Position numbers and translations under genes: made by a program. Source: a virus. From it: DNA of 15,236 nt. The notes beneath the pieces are model-generated. The model searched no databases and had not been told where the DNA came from. It worked only from the letters and a program-made list of their open reading frames with translations. Where the stretch lies: UHGV virus genome UHGV-1333077, one strand, 5' to 3'. Below, piece by piece: positions 1 to 7,638 of the stretch. Numbering within the stretch: position 1 is the first letter of the stretch; every line of letters begins with the position of its first letter.

Positions 1-240
1 TAACTGCTGGAACATCAACAGCGCATGCAGAACGTTGCGGCCTATCCTGTCCAGCTTCCAGACCACCAGTTCATCCCCCGGCTGCATAGTGGCGATGAGC
101 CGTTTTAGAACCGGCCGATTCGATTTCCTCCCGCTGGCATGCTCTTCAAAAATTTTCTCACAACCCGCTGACTTGAGCGCCGTTAGTTGCAATTCAGTGT
201 CCTGGTGGTTTGTTGATACTCGGGCATAACCGTAAATCAT
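1..240 (-). CDS. Serine-recombinase DNA invertase (Gin/Pin/Cin/Hin family), N-terminal 80 codons only; the rest of the gene lies beyond the window start
   Basis: Manual minus-strand translation from ATG at 240-238 gives MIYGYARVSTNHQDTELQLTALKSAGCEKIFEEHASGRKSNRPVLKRLIATMQPGDELVVWKLDRIGRNVLHALLMFQQL, which aligns residue-for-residue with the recalled Mu Gin N-terminus (RVST catalytic-serine motif, AGCE.IFE, LVVWKLDR.GR). SD AGGAG (complement of 248-252) lies 7 nt upstream. The + ORF 35..229 in the track is its antisense shadow. Confidence 0.85.
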   Translation of the reverse strand, partial: MIYGYARVSTNHQDTELQLTALKSAGCEKIFEEHASGRKSNRPVLKRLIATMQPGDELVVWKLDRIGRNVLHALLMFQQL

Positions 241-246
241 GGGATT

Positions 247-269
247 TCTCCTGTTATGAAAACAGGAGA
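247..269. promoter_or_regulatory. Perfect 9-bp inverted repeat (TCTCCTGTT / AACAGGAGA) with 5-nt spacer, overlapping the invertase ribosome-binding site
   Basis: Direct reading: 247-255 tctcctgtt and 261-269 aacaggaga are exact reverse complements. It sits between the invertase start (240) and the crossover repeat (312-326). Function unknown; it does not resemble a hix/gix site (no AAACC..GGTTT core). Confidence 0.3.
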
Positions 270-310
270 AACGGCGAAGCATCACCAGATTTTTGATGGT
301 TATAAAAAAG

Positions 311-661
311 GTTGGTTTGGGAGAAGCGGCGAAAAGGGATGTGGGCACAGGAGATAATCAGATACCGGATATGGGAGCATTCGCTTCTGGTTCGGGATGG
401 TTCAGGCTACCAGGTGGATATATTGTTCAGTTTGGCACTTTTTCAGGGAACACGACCCGCATTATCAGTGGACAATTTCCTATACCATTCCCTGATCAGC
501 CGCTTGTTTCAGTCGGTGTTATGTCTGATGCCGTTCAGTCAGACCCGTCGAAACCTGCCCCGCCGGTTTTGTCTGTAAATTTTAAACATATCAGTAATTC
601 AGCGTGGCGGNNNNNNNNNNTGATACCTCACAGCAATACAGATTCAGTTATATTTCGATAG
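311..661 (+). CDS. Alternative side-tail-fibre C-terminal cassette (Sv'), no credible start of its own in this orientation; would fuse to the constant stf 5' part after inversion
   Basis: Open frame begins with VGLGEAAKRD..., the same K-x-GLGE junction as the expressed stf at 2108-2091. The track start (TTG at 293) is not credible. Contains a tail-fibre-like WFRLPGGYIVQFG segment. Interrupted by the N gap at 611-620; stop TAG at 659-661. A tfa-like gene follows 10 nt downstream. Confidence 0.6.
   Translation, partial: VGLGEAAKRDVGTGDNQIPDMGAFASGSGWFRLPGGYIVQFGTFSGNTTRIISGQFPIPFPDQPLVSVGVMSDAVQSDPSKPAPPVLSVNFKHISNSAWRXXXXIPHSNTDSVIFR
312..326 (+). repeat. Invertase crossover-site inverted repeat, invertase-proximal copy (ttggtttgggagaag)
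   Basis: Exact reverse complement of 2093-2107. Embedded in the Sv' frame as tt-ggt-ttg-gga-gaa-g (GLGE). Neighbouring bases give a partial hix/gix-like 26-bp site (TTATAAAAAAGG TT GGTTTGGGAGAA). Confidence 0.7.
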
Positions 662-671
662 GACGGTAGAA

Positions 672-1112
672 ATGCAGAAATATATTTTCAGTGCCGATAA
701 AAATGCGCTTTTCCCTGTGGAGCTTAAAATCGCTTATCAGGAATCCGGCGAATGGCCCGATGATGGAATCGAAATTGACGACACTGTTGCCGCCGAATTT
801 ATGAAGGAAGCACCAGAAGGAAAATACAGAGGTGTCATCGACGGAATGCCTGCATGGATTGATATTCCACCGCCAACTCATGAGGAACAAATTGCCGCAG
901 CCGAATTGGAAAAGCAGCAATTGATTAATCAGGTCAACGAATACATAAACAGTAAGCAATGGCCTGGTAAAGCGGCGATTGGTCGCCTGAAAGGTGAGGA
1001 ACTGGCGCAATATAATTTGTGGCTGGATTATCTGGACACACTGGAACTGGTCGATACTTCCGGTGCGCCAGATATTGAATGGCCTACGCCTCCGGCAGTT
1101 CAGGCCAGATGA
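672..1112 (+). CDS. tfa: Tail fibre assembly protein (Tfa-family chaperone), alternative copy paired with Sv'
   Basis: 146 aa. The C-terminus ...NLWLDYLDTLELVDTSGAPDIEWPTPPAVQAR carries the conserved Tfa motif (lambda Tfa ends ...VLLNRVDTSTAPDIEWPAVPVME, recalled). Its 3' end overlaps the 3' end of the minus-strand tfa by 29 bp. Confidence 0.75.
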   Translation: MQKYIFSADKNALFPVELKIAYQESGEWPDDGIEIDDTVAAEFMKEAPEGKYRGVIDGMPAWIDIPPPTHEEQIAAAELEKQQLINQVNEYINSKQWPGKAAIGRLKGEELAQYNLWLDYLDTLELVDTSGAPDIEWPTPPAVQAR

Positions 1113-1686
1113 CATCCGGCGCGGTGCTGGTATCTGTTNNNNNNNNNNCGTCAATGTAATCCAGCACAGCGTTAAGCCGGGTTGTTTCTGCCTGCGTCAG
1201 TTTACGTCCGGCCCGTAATTTCAGCTGAATCAGACTAATGGAAGCCATTGCAGCATCAATCAGTGACTGGCGTTGGATTTCTGCCGCGTCCACTGCGGCG
1301 CTATATTGTGCCTCAGTATCCGTCACCCATTTCTCACCATCCCATTTATCATATGGTGTTAACGGGGTGATAGTGGTTATATTTTCAGGGTAATCACCCA
1401 GAGCTGTGATTTCTTTCGATTCTCCTGTTTCGGTGCTATAGACGATTTCACCGCGATGGTCTGACACATATTCCCATGAGTTAAAATCCACAGAACGGCA
1501 GATTGCATAACCATCTTTATGTGTAACTGGTGCATCTAAACAAGAACATGCCGGGATACCGACGCCAACCGCAAGATACTCAGTTGATGTGGAAATATAT
1601 TCCCGCGTTTCTCCGTTGTAGTTATAAACGGTAATGAAGCCGGGTTCCGTGGCAATAAATTCACTGTTTAATTTTACCTGTGTCAT
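1084..1686 (-). CDS. tfa: Tail fibre assembly protein (Tfa-family chaperone), copy coupled to the expressed stf
   Basis: 200 aa. C-terminus ...LNAVLDYID[gap]TDTSTAPDVIWPELPEA matches the Tfa motif. Its ATG (1686-1684) overlaps the stf stop TAA (1688-1686) in a TAATG arrangement, indicating translational coupling. Contains the N gap at 1139-1148. Confidence 0.85.
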   Translation of the reverse strand: MTQVKLNSEFIATEPGFITVYNYNGETREYISTSTEYLAVGVGIPACSCLDAPVTHKDGYAICRSVDFNSWEYVSDHRGEIVYSTETGESKEITALGDYPENITTITPLTPYDKWDGEKWVTDTEAQYSAAVDAAEIQRQSLIDAAMASISLIQLKLRAGRKLTQAETTRLNAVLDYIDXXXXTDTSTAPDVIWPELPEA

Positions 1687-2586
1687 TATGCAGCCCTCAC
1701 GATGTAGTTAAATGCAATGTTTCGCGGTCGAACTTTGTGATAAGTTACGCCTTCCGAGGTTTTCGTGGCTTGAACTGTGTGGACTCCATAGGTGGGGTGC
1801 GCTTTCCCTACCTCAGAATCGTCAATACCAATTCCACTGAAGCCGCCCAGCTGAGCGGAAAATCCTGTTGCTTCCTGTGAAGAAAGTAATGCCCTGCCAC
1901 TGTCAACCCCGCGCCCGTCATCCCAGCCACGAATAAACTCACCGCGTAAATCAGGTAAGTTATTTGTTGGATAAGCCTTTGCCAGTTCCGGGTATTCTTC
2001 TGCAGAAAAAGGCGCACCATTGCATTTCAGCCAGCCTGTTGGCGGAGTGGCTGAAGGCCATGGAACAGGCACCCCAACAGGTAATGCTGAGCCTTCTCCC
2101 AAACCAAGTTTTGTGAGAGCGTCTGCGGCATTCGTTGCGCCGGTTCCGCCGTCAGCGATTGCAAGCGCACCATTGCTCCCTTTCTGCGCAAGTTTACCGA
2201 TGCCTGGGATGGTTACGGCGGTGCCGTTGATGGTAACGGTGATGCTCTGGTTTGCTGAGGTGGTGGCGAACGTCTCCCACGCGCCAATATTCTCGTCGTA
2301 CTCTTTGATGAGCTGTGACATAGCCTGTGCCAGGCCGTCGACCGAGATATTGTCTGATACCAGAATGCCGTACTTCTGGCCGCTCAGCGCCGGGGAAGCA
2401 GCTGGAGTAACCGTCATTGACGTGGCGCTGTTTACGGATGAAATCTGGAACAACTGCACCGGGTTAGACATCACGATAATCGTCTGGCCAGCGCGGACCT
2501 GTCTGGCGGGAGCTGTCCAGTTTGTGCCGGAGCCNNNNNNNNNNGGTATTTCCGTTAATAGAGATAGTTCCGGTGCTATAAATCAT
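1686..2586 (-). CDS. stf: Short side tail fibre protein (lambda Stf-like C-terminal receptor-binding/collar region); constant 5' part 2586-2108, invertible 3' part 2107-1686
   Basis: ATG at 2586-2584 with SD AGGAG (complement of 2592-2596). N-terminus MIYSTGTISINGNT, then N gap 2535-2544, then GSGTNWTAPARQVRAGQTIIVMSNP... The gap changes the apparent frame, so the track starts the ORF at 2474. C-terminal ...LGLGEGSALPVGVPVPWPS...LPDLRGEFIRGW...NIAFNYIVRAA parallels lambda Stf ...YLGAGENSAFPAGAPIPWPS...NIAFNYIVRLA (recalled). Confidence 0.8.
2093..2107 (-). repeat. Invertase crossover-site inverted repeat, stf-internal copy (minus-sense ttggtttgggagaag)
   Basis: Plus strand reads cttctcccaaaccaa. 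Lies in the stf frame as (c)tt-ggt-ttg-gga-gaa-g = LGLGE. With neighbouring bases it forms a hix/gix-like imperfect palindrome CTCTCACAAAAC TT GGTTTGGGAGAA. Confidence 0.7.
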
Positions 2587-3026
2587 AACAACTCCTAAAT
2601 TTAGACAACATGAAGCCCGGAGAGGTATATAACCCTCACCAGAAATAATTTCTGAATTGGTTTTTAATACATGTTGGGCAACGCCAGTGTTGGCATAGCT
2701 ATAGTTGTATCAAATGCCATTGACCACCCACCCAAATAATAATTGCCGACTACTTTATTCCTTTCTGCTCTGACATTCCCACCTGTCATTACAATNNNNN
2801 NNNNNNNATATTTCCGTAACCACCAACGTGTCGACAGTTAGCCCCGGTATAAACAATCTGGCAAAATTCATCACCAATATTCAGGTTCGCATTGGCGATA
2901 TTTATTGTCCCATCAAAAATGAATGGCTTCGTGCAAGTAAGAAGACGTTTGCGTTGACGATTGGTTTATTCAATCCATCAACTAAAATACCATGTAAACG
3001 AATTGCCATAACATTTCCCACTTTAT

Positions 3027-3054
3027 TTTACTTACTCAACACAACAAGTATATT
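3027..3054 (+). promoter_or_regulatory. Candidate sigma70-type promoter for the lipoprotein gene (TTTACT-N16-TATATT) in an AT-rich spacer
   Basis: Hexamers read by eye at 3027-3032 and 3049-3054, about 37 nt upstream of the ATG at 3091. Weak -35 match; not validated. Confidence 0.2.
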
Positions 3055-3090
3055 AAAATTGAACCTTGTCAACAACACAAAGGAGTCCCA

Positions 3091-3324
3091 ATGAAACTCG
3101 CTCTAATTATGCTGCCATTATGTCTGTCCCTCACTGCATGTGGTAATGGTTTAAATACCGGTAAACCAAATTCCGGTGTCATTCCAAAACCTTTGGATCG
3201 AGATGGTAACGGTTCTTTAATTTATGATACCGAAAACCTTCCAATGACGGGGCAGTGGTGTCACGAGATTGATCACGAATACCGACGAATCGGTAGCCCT
3301 TCTAACTGTGTTATAGACTACTAA
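3091..3324 (+). CDS. Small predicted lipoprotein (77 aa), accessory 'moron' gene of unknown function, convergent with J
   Basis: MKLALIMLPLCLSLTAC: signal peptide with lipobox L-T-A-C. SD AGGAG at 3081-3085 with 5-nt spacer. Preceded by a markedly AT-rich region and followed at once by a hairpin terminator. Confidence 0.6.
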   Translation: MKLALIMLPLCLSLTACGNGLNTGKPNSGVIPKPLDRDGNGSLIYDTENLPMTGQWCHEIDHEYRRIGSPSNCVIDY

Positions 3325-3355
3325 ATATTAACCCCTCAAAAGAGGGGTTAATATT
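3325..3355. terminator. Bidirectional stem-loop terminator between the lipoprotein gene (+) and J (-)
   Basis: aatattaacccctc-aaaa-gaggggttaatatt: 14-bp perfect inverted repeat with a 4-nt loop and U-rich 3' arm in both orientations. Sits exactly between the lipoprotein stop (3322-3324) and the J stop (3356-3358). Confidence 0.55.
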
Positions 3356-6300
3356 TTAACCTGTGAATGAACCAGATCCGTGTGATACTATGACAGTAGG
3401 CGAATAAATGGACGCGCCCCTGTTATTTTGAGCGGACACTTTAATACGTACTGTTACGTTTGGACCTGTTATAACAGCAGAATGCATAATAAGTCTCTCC
3501 ACGTCTTGCACAGATGAACCACTCTCATTGCCGTTAATATTGATTAGTCCTGCACCATTACCTTTAACGTTTGCTATAACACAGACGTGTCTTGCGTGCC
3601 CAGAACTGGATGAATCCGTATAAGTTATTACCTTTTCTAAAAGGCCGTCACTAGACCGACTAACGTCAGTTCCGGTGTGCATATTTGCAATGTCCCCGAT
3701 AAAACTTTGGGCTTCCACAGTCCCTTTGAATTTACCGCTTGTTGCTTGTATCTCACCAGTAAATCTACCGCCACTAGCATATACTACACCTCTGACGGTC
3801 ACATTGTTGAATTCAGCATCTCCAGCTTTATTCAACTTCCAACCAGCAGAACCAGCTGCATAGTTGTTGGACTGGATATAGTTACCGATTTTTGCGTTCT
3901 CAATGGTGCCGTCCTGGATGAAGCTGGCCCGGATGAATGTCTGTCCATTCTGGATCACAAACGGCAAAGCCACGCTATTTCCGGCTGCCGTGGTGACGGC
4001 GAAGCGATCAGCCAGGAAGATAACCTGCGACTGCATGCCGGATGGCGTATTCTCCACGCCGATACCCATCCCCGCGGCGTAATACTGCCCGTTGCTGGAG
4101 ACACCAACTTTGATGTTGTACATCGCGCTGAGGTCGCCGTTTACGTTCGCTATAGCCTGAGCGTTGGTTGTGATGGCTGAGGTATGCCCGTTCACCGTCG
4201 CCGTGATGCTGTTTACCTGCGTGGCCATAGCCTGCTGGTAATCGGAGAACGTCTGGTTCAGGCTGTTGATGGATGCCTTGTTNNNNNNNNNNCGTCTGCA
4301 GGCTCAGCAGCGAGCGCGCCGTTGCCTCCCTGTCGTTGACAATCACCTCATCAATACGGTCCAGATTCGCGCTGTTGCCGGCGACCGATGCAGAAAGGGT
4401 TTTACGCGTGGCCACCTGAGCGAGGTTGGCCTGGATTATCGCAATTGCAGAGTTCTTCACCCCGCCCGTCATGCCGTCCATCGACACAGAAATCTCGTCG
4501 ATCTTCACTTCGGCCTGAGCCAGCCCGTCAGCGTTCTCCAGGATGTCTTTCGCCTGCTGCTCGAGTTCGTCGGCATGGTTTTTAATTTCGTCAGCCATGC
4601 CAGCAATTTTTTCGTTGCTGTCCACCGCGTTCTCGATCAGATCTTTGAACGTATCGGAGCCTTTCATGTCCTCCAGGATTGCATCGGTGATATCGGAAAC
4701 ATCGATGCTGGCCTGTCCTCGCACCCATTCTGTGTACCCTGATTCGTTGCCGCTGCGGTCCACCAGCTGAGCGCGGTACCAGAAAATCTGCCCAGCCTTG
4801 AGGCCCATCTGCTGATACTTGCGCTGCGGATAGGGTACGTCTGCCAGCAGCATCGCATCGTCTTCCGTCCCAGTCAGACTGTACTGAATTTCCGTCTTCA
4901 GCGTGTCGTCGGTGTTCGCCGGGAATCCCCAGCTCAGCTCGATACCGAATACCACATTATCGGAAGCGATGAAGCCAACCGGCTTCGGTGGATTGCCCAC
5001 TTTACCCGTCAGCGTTTTCTCTTCTGAATAGCCCCATCCGGATGAAATTTCTGCGGCATTGATTGCGCGCACCCGCACCAGGTAGCGCCCGGCATAAATC
5101 CCCGGGACGTCGAATGACGTGGTGGAGGTGCGCGGCACGTTAACCCAGTTCCCGTCGTTGCGGCGCCATTGCGCTTCATAGGCGATAGCGTTCTGCGCCT
5201 GGTCCCAGCTAACGCGCATCGTTTCGACGCTGATATTTTGCTGCACCACGGAAAACGAGCTGATCACGATGTTCGCAGGCGGCGACTGGTTACCAGGCGG
5301 GATCACGCTCACCGGCCGCTGGTCAATGATGGCTCCGGTATCGATGCGGGCATATTTATCCGGGTCGTGCCATGCGCCGGTGATTGAGAAAGTGCCATCA
5401 CCGTTGTCGGAGACGCTGACAACACGATACTGCTGCGCGTAAAGCTCGTCAGATTCAACCACCCAAACAGCTTCGGCCTGTGGCGTCTCACTGTATGCCG
5501 TGGTGACTGTGACTGATTCCCCGTTCACGGCCTGAATGGTCCTGCTCTGCGACGCTCCGGAGGGAAGGTTGAGAATAAGGCGATCACCTGGTGCTGCATC
5601 AGCTACGCGGTCAAGTTTGATAACGCGACCGTTAACGGCGCTGATGCGGCCGCCCATAACCTTTCCGGAAAGCAGCTCGTCTGCCACGGCGATGATGTAG
5701 CCAGGCTGCGGAATGTTTCCGTCCAGCCCGACATCAAACGAAACAACGCGATCCTTGTTGTTGGTGAGAATGCCCCAGCGCCCCTTTCGGTTCGCTTCTG
5801 ACTGCCTGGTGCAGCCGATGGCTGTCATTTCCAGCTGATTGAAGCCGTATCGCGCTACCAGCGCCTGCTCAAATACCGGCTCCATCGCGTCGGCATAAGC
5901 GTTACCCGGGTCTGACCATGAAACCAGCGCTGTGGTGTAGCGGGTTTTCGTGGTGCTGCTTGAATAGGTGAAGCGACCGCCAACAACGTTGGCGCGCGTG
6001 TAGCTGTAATCAACATCTCGGGGCATATCGGCCAGAGCAACGATCTGATCGCCTCCCCAGTACGTCATGCCACGGAATATGGCCGCAAAATCACGCAGGA
6101 CTGTATAAGCGTCGTTTCGGTCCTGGATGTACACGTTGCAGGTATAACGTGGTTCGGTACCGTTGCCCCCTTTGCCGTCTGGTACCATCTGATCACAATA
6201 CTGGGCAACCTGATAAAGCGTCCATTTATCAATATTCGCAGCGGTCAAACGGTGCCCGAGGCCGAACCGGGCAGAAACAACCAGATCGTAAAAAATCCAC

Positions 6301-7157
6301 GCAGGGTTATCCGTCCATGCCCACTTAAACGCACCGGTCCATGTACCGCTATAAGTGCGGGTTTCAGGGTCGTAGGTATCTGGAACGCGGATAACACGGC
6401 CGCGGGGCTCGCAGGAGATCTGCGGGATAGAGCCGTTAAACTGACTTGAATCGAATTCGATGTAGAGTAGCGCTGTGTTTGGATATCGTAACTTGGCGTC
6501 AATCACCTCGGTGAAGCTCTGCAGCGTCATCGTGTCGCCGATCTTCGCGCTGTTGGCATCAGAGGTAATCTTACGCAGACGTATTGTCCAGGTGCTGCCA
6601 GCTTGCGGTAAATCGATACGGTGGCTGCGCTCATAACCAGACGTCGTTTTGCCGGTCACGCTGGTATTGAGTACCGTCTGNNNNNNNNNNCATGTGCCGC
6701 CGTCCGTCTGCAGGTCAATCGCATAATTGACCGAGTAACCCACCAGATCTCCGTCGTCTTCCTGTTTGAAAAGCGAGGGCCATTTCAGACGCAGACGAAC
6801 TGCTGAAAGCTGCGTATTGGTAAACGTGCGCGTCCAGGCTGTAGCGCTTGATACCTCAGTTCCCACGCTGATTTCGTTTTCGGTACCGGGAATACCCTGA
6901 ATATATTTTTGAGCCTGCGTCCCCGCGCGAAACTCCCACGTCACGCCGCTGAAGTTTTGGGAACCGTCGGCATTCTCCAGCGCCGTTCCGTCCAGGTAGA
7001 TATCTTTGCCGGTTAGCTGCCCTGCGAACTCCCCTTCGCCAAGCGCAACGAGGATTTTTGCCTTCGCTACAGATTGCAGATCATCAGGCTGTTCGGTAGG
7101 AGTTCGTGAACTGGATTTGCCGCCTTTGCGCCCCTTTAATACTTTCTCTGTAGCCAT
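3356..7157 (-). CDS. J: Tail tip / host-specificity protein J (central tail fibre)
   Basis: N-terminal 1049 aa (track ORF 4008..7157) resemble lambda J. The N gap at 4283-4292 shifts the apparent frame; the true C-terminal about 290 aa continue as the track ORF 3356..4228. The gap at 6681-6690 is also inside the gene. Confidence 0.9.
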
Positions 7158-7168
7158 ATCGCGTCCAT

Positions 7169-7192
7169 AAAAAAAGCCACCCGAAGGCGGCT
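7169..7192 (-). terminator. Intrinsic terminator on the minus strand ending 11 nt upstream of the J start codon
   Basis: Minus-sense AGCCGCC-TTCG-GGTGGCT followed by TTTTTTT (7-bp stem with one G-U pair, UUCG tetraloop, U7 tract). Confidence 0.5.
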
Positions 7193-7323
7193 ACTGTTTA
7201 AATATCAGGCTGTTGGTAACAGGAATCCCTGGTTAATGTGTAAGCTCAGCCCGCCAGTGGTAGGCCTCTGGCGTTAACTGACCGAGGGATGGCTGAAGTA
7301 CCCGGGTAAAATGGAGTAATAAG

Positions 7324-7539
7324 ATGATCGAAGAAAAGTTCGTGGATTTTAGATTTACTCTTGACGAAAATATTCCTAGAGAAATCGCTTTAGAAATTGT
7401 GGCTCTAAGACAAGTTACAATGGTATTAACAGCAGCATTGCCAGTAGATACAAGGCAACAAGTTATTGAAATCCTATCAAAGACAAACTCACCACAAATT
7501 CAAGACATCGTCAAAAATATGAAGCTTATTGACGCCTAA
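7324..7539 (+). CDS. Hypothetical small acidic protein (71 aa) in the AT-rich I-J insertion
   Basis: ATG at 7324 with GGAG 7 nt upstream. AT-rich codon composition unlike the flanking tail genes. A plus-strand hairpin terminator candidate follows at 7562-7588. Its 3' end overlaps the minus-strand 49-aa ORF. Confidence 0.4.
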   Translation: MIEEKFVDFRFTLDENIPREIALEIVALRQVTMVLTAALPVDTRQQVIEILSKTNSPQIQDIVKNMKLIDA

Positions 7540-7638
7540 TGTCATTGAAGCATCGTACTCTACGGTCTCATGCGGGACCGTTTCATTAACTTCAGATGTT
7601 TCATTTTCAGTTTTTTCTACTCGTGACTCAAAAGACAT
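7489..7638 (-). CDS. Hypothetical small acidic protein (49 aa), directly downstream of gene I; below the size cutoff of the supplied ORF track
   Basis: Manual translation: MSFESRVEKTENETSEVNETVPHETVEYDASMTLGVNKLHIFDDVLNLW. Strong SD AAGGAG (complement of 7645-7650) with 6-nt spacer, beginning 8 nt after the I stop codon. Overlaps the 3' end of the + ORF 7324..7539, so at most one of the two may be real. Confidence 0.3.
   Translation of the reverse strand: MSFESRVEKTENETSEVNETVPHETVEYDASMTLGVNKLHIFDDVLNLW
7562..7588 (+). terminator. Candidate plus-strand hairpin terminator after ORF 7324..7539
   Basis: acggtctc-atgc-gggaccgt stem (8 bp including one G-U pair) followed by tttcatt. The T tract is imperfect. 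Confidence 0.3.

Larger units (their letters stand above)
312..2107. mobile_element. Site-specific invertible DNA segment (Mu G / P1 C / e14 P-like tail-fibre host-range switch), about 1.8 kb
   Basis: Bounded by 15-bp perfect inverted repeats that lie in the same codon phase in two opposed tail-fibre frames. Contains two different fibre C-terminal cassettes and two convergent tfa genes. A serine invertase gene starts about 70 bp outside the right-hand repeat. Confidence 0.65.

Noticed and set aside
35-229. Plus-strand ORF of 64 aa at the window start
   Set aside because: It lies entirely antisense to the well-supported invertase N-terminus on the minus strand and has no RBS or recognisable motif.
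246-271. The possibility that the 247-269 palindrome is itself a hix/gix-type crossover site
   Set aside because: It lacks the AAACC-NN-GGTTT core and has an odd (5-nt) spacer. The genuine partner of the stf-internal site is the 15-bp repeat at 312-326.
2020-2598. Plus-strand ORF of 192 aa
   Set aside because: Antisense shadow of the stf gene (high-GC coding region); it contains an N gap and has no motif support.
2828-3094. Plus-strand ORF of 88 aa ending in an ATGA overlap with the lipoprotein start
   Set aside because: GTG start without an RBS, low-complexity AT-rich composition, and it coincides with the probable promoter region of the lipoprotein gene. More likely non-coding, though a short upstream ORF cannot be fully excluded.
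3675-7157. Many plus-strand ORFs (for example 3677..4180, 4266..4742, 5169..5387, 6252..6449) and the out-of-frame tail of the track's J ORF below 4283
   Set aside because: All are embedded antisense or out-of-frame within J. The junk C-terminal residues of the 4008..7157 ORF arise from the frame change at the N gap at 4283-4292.
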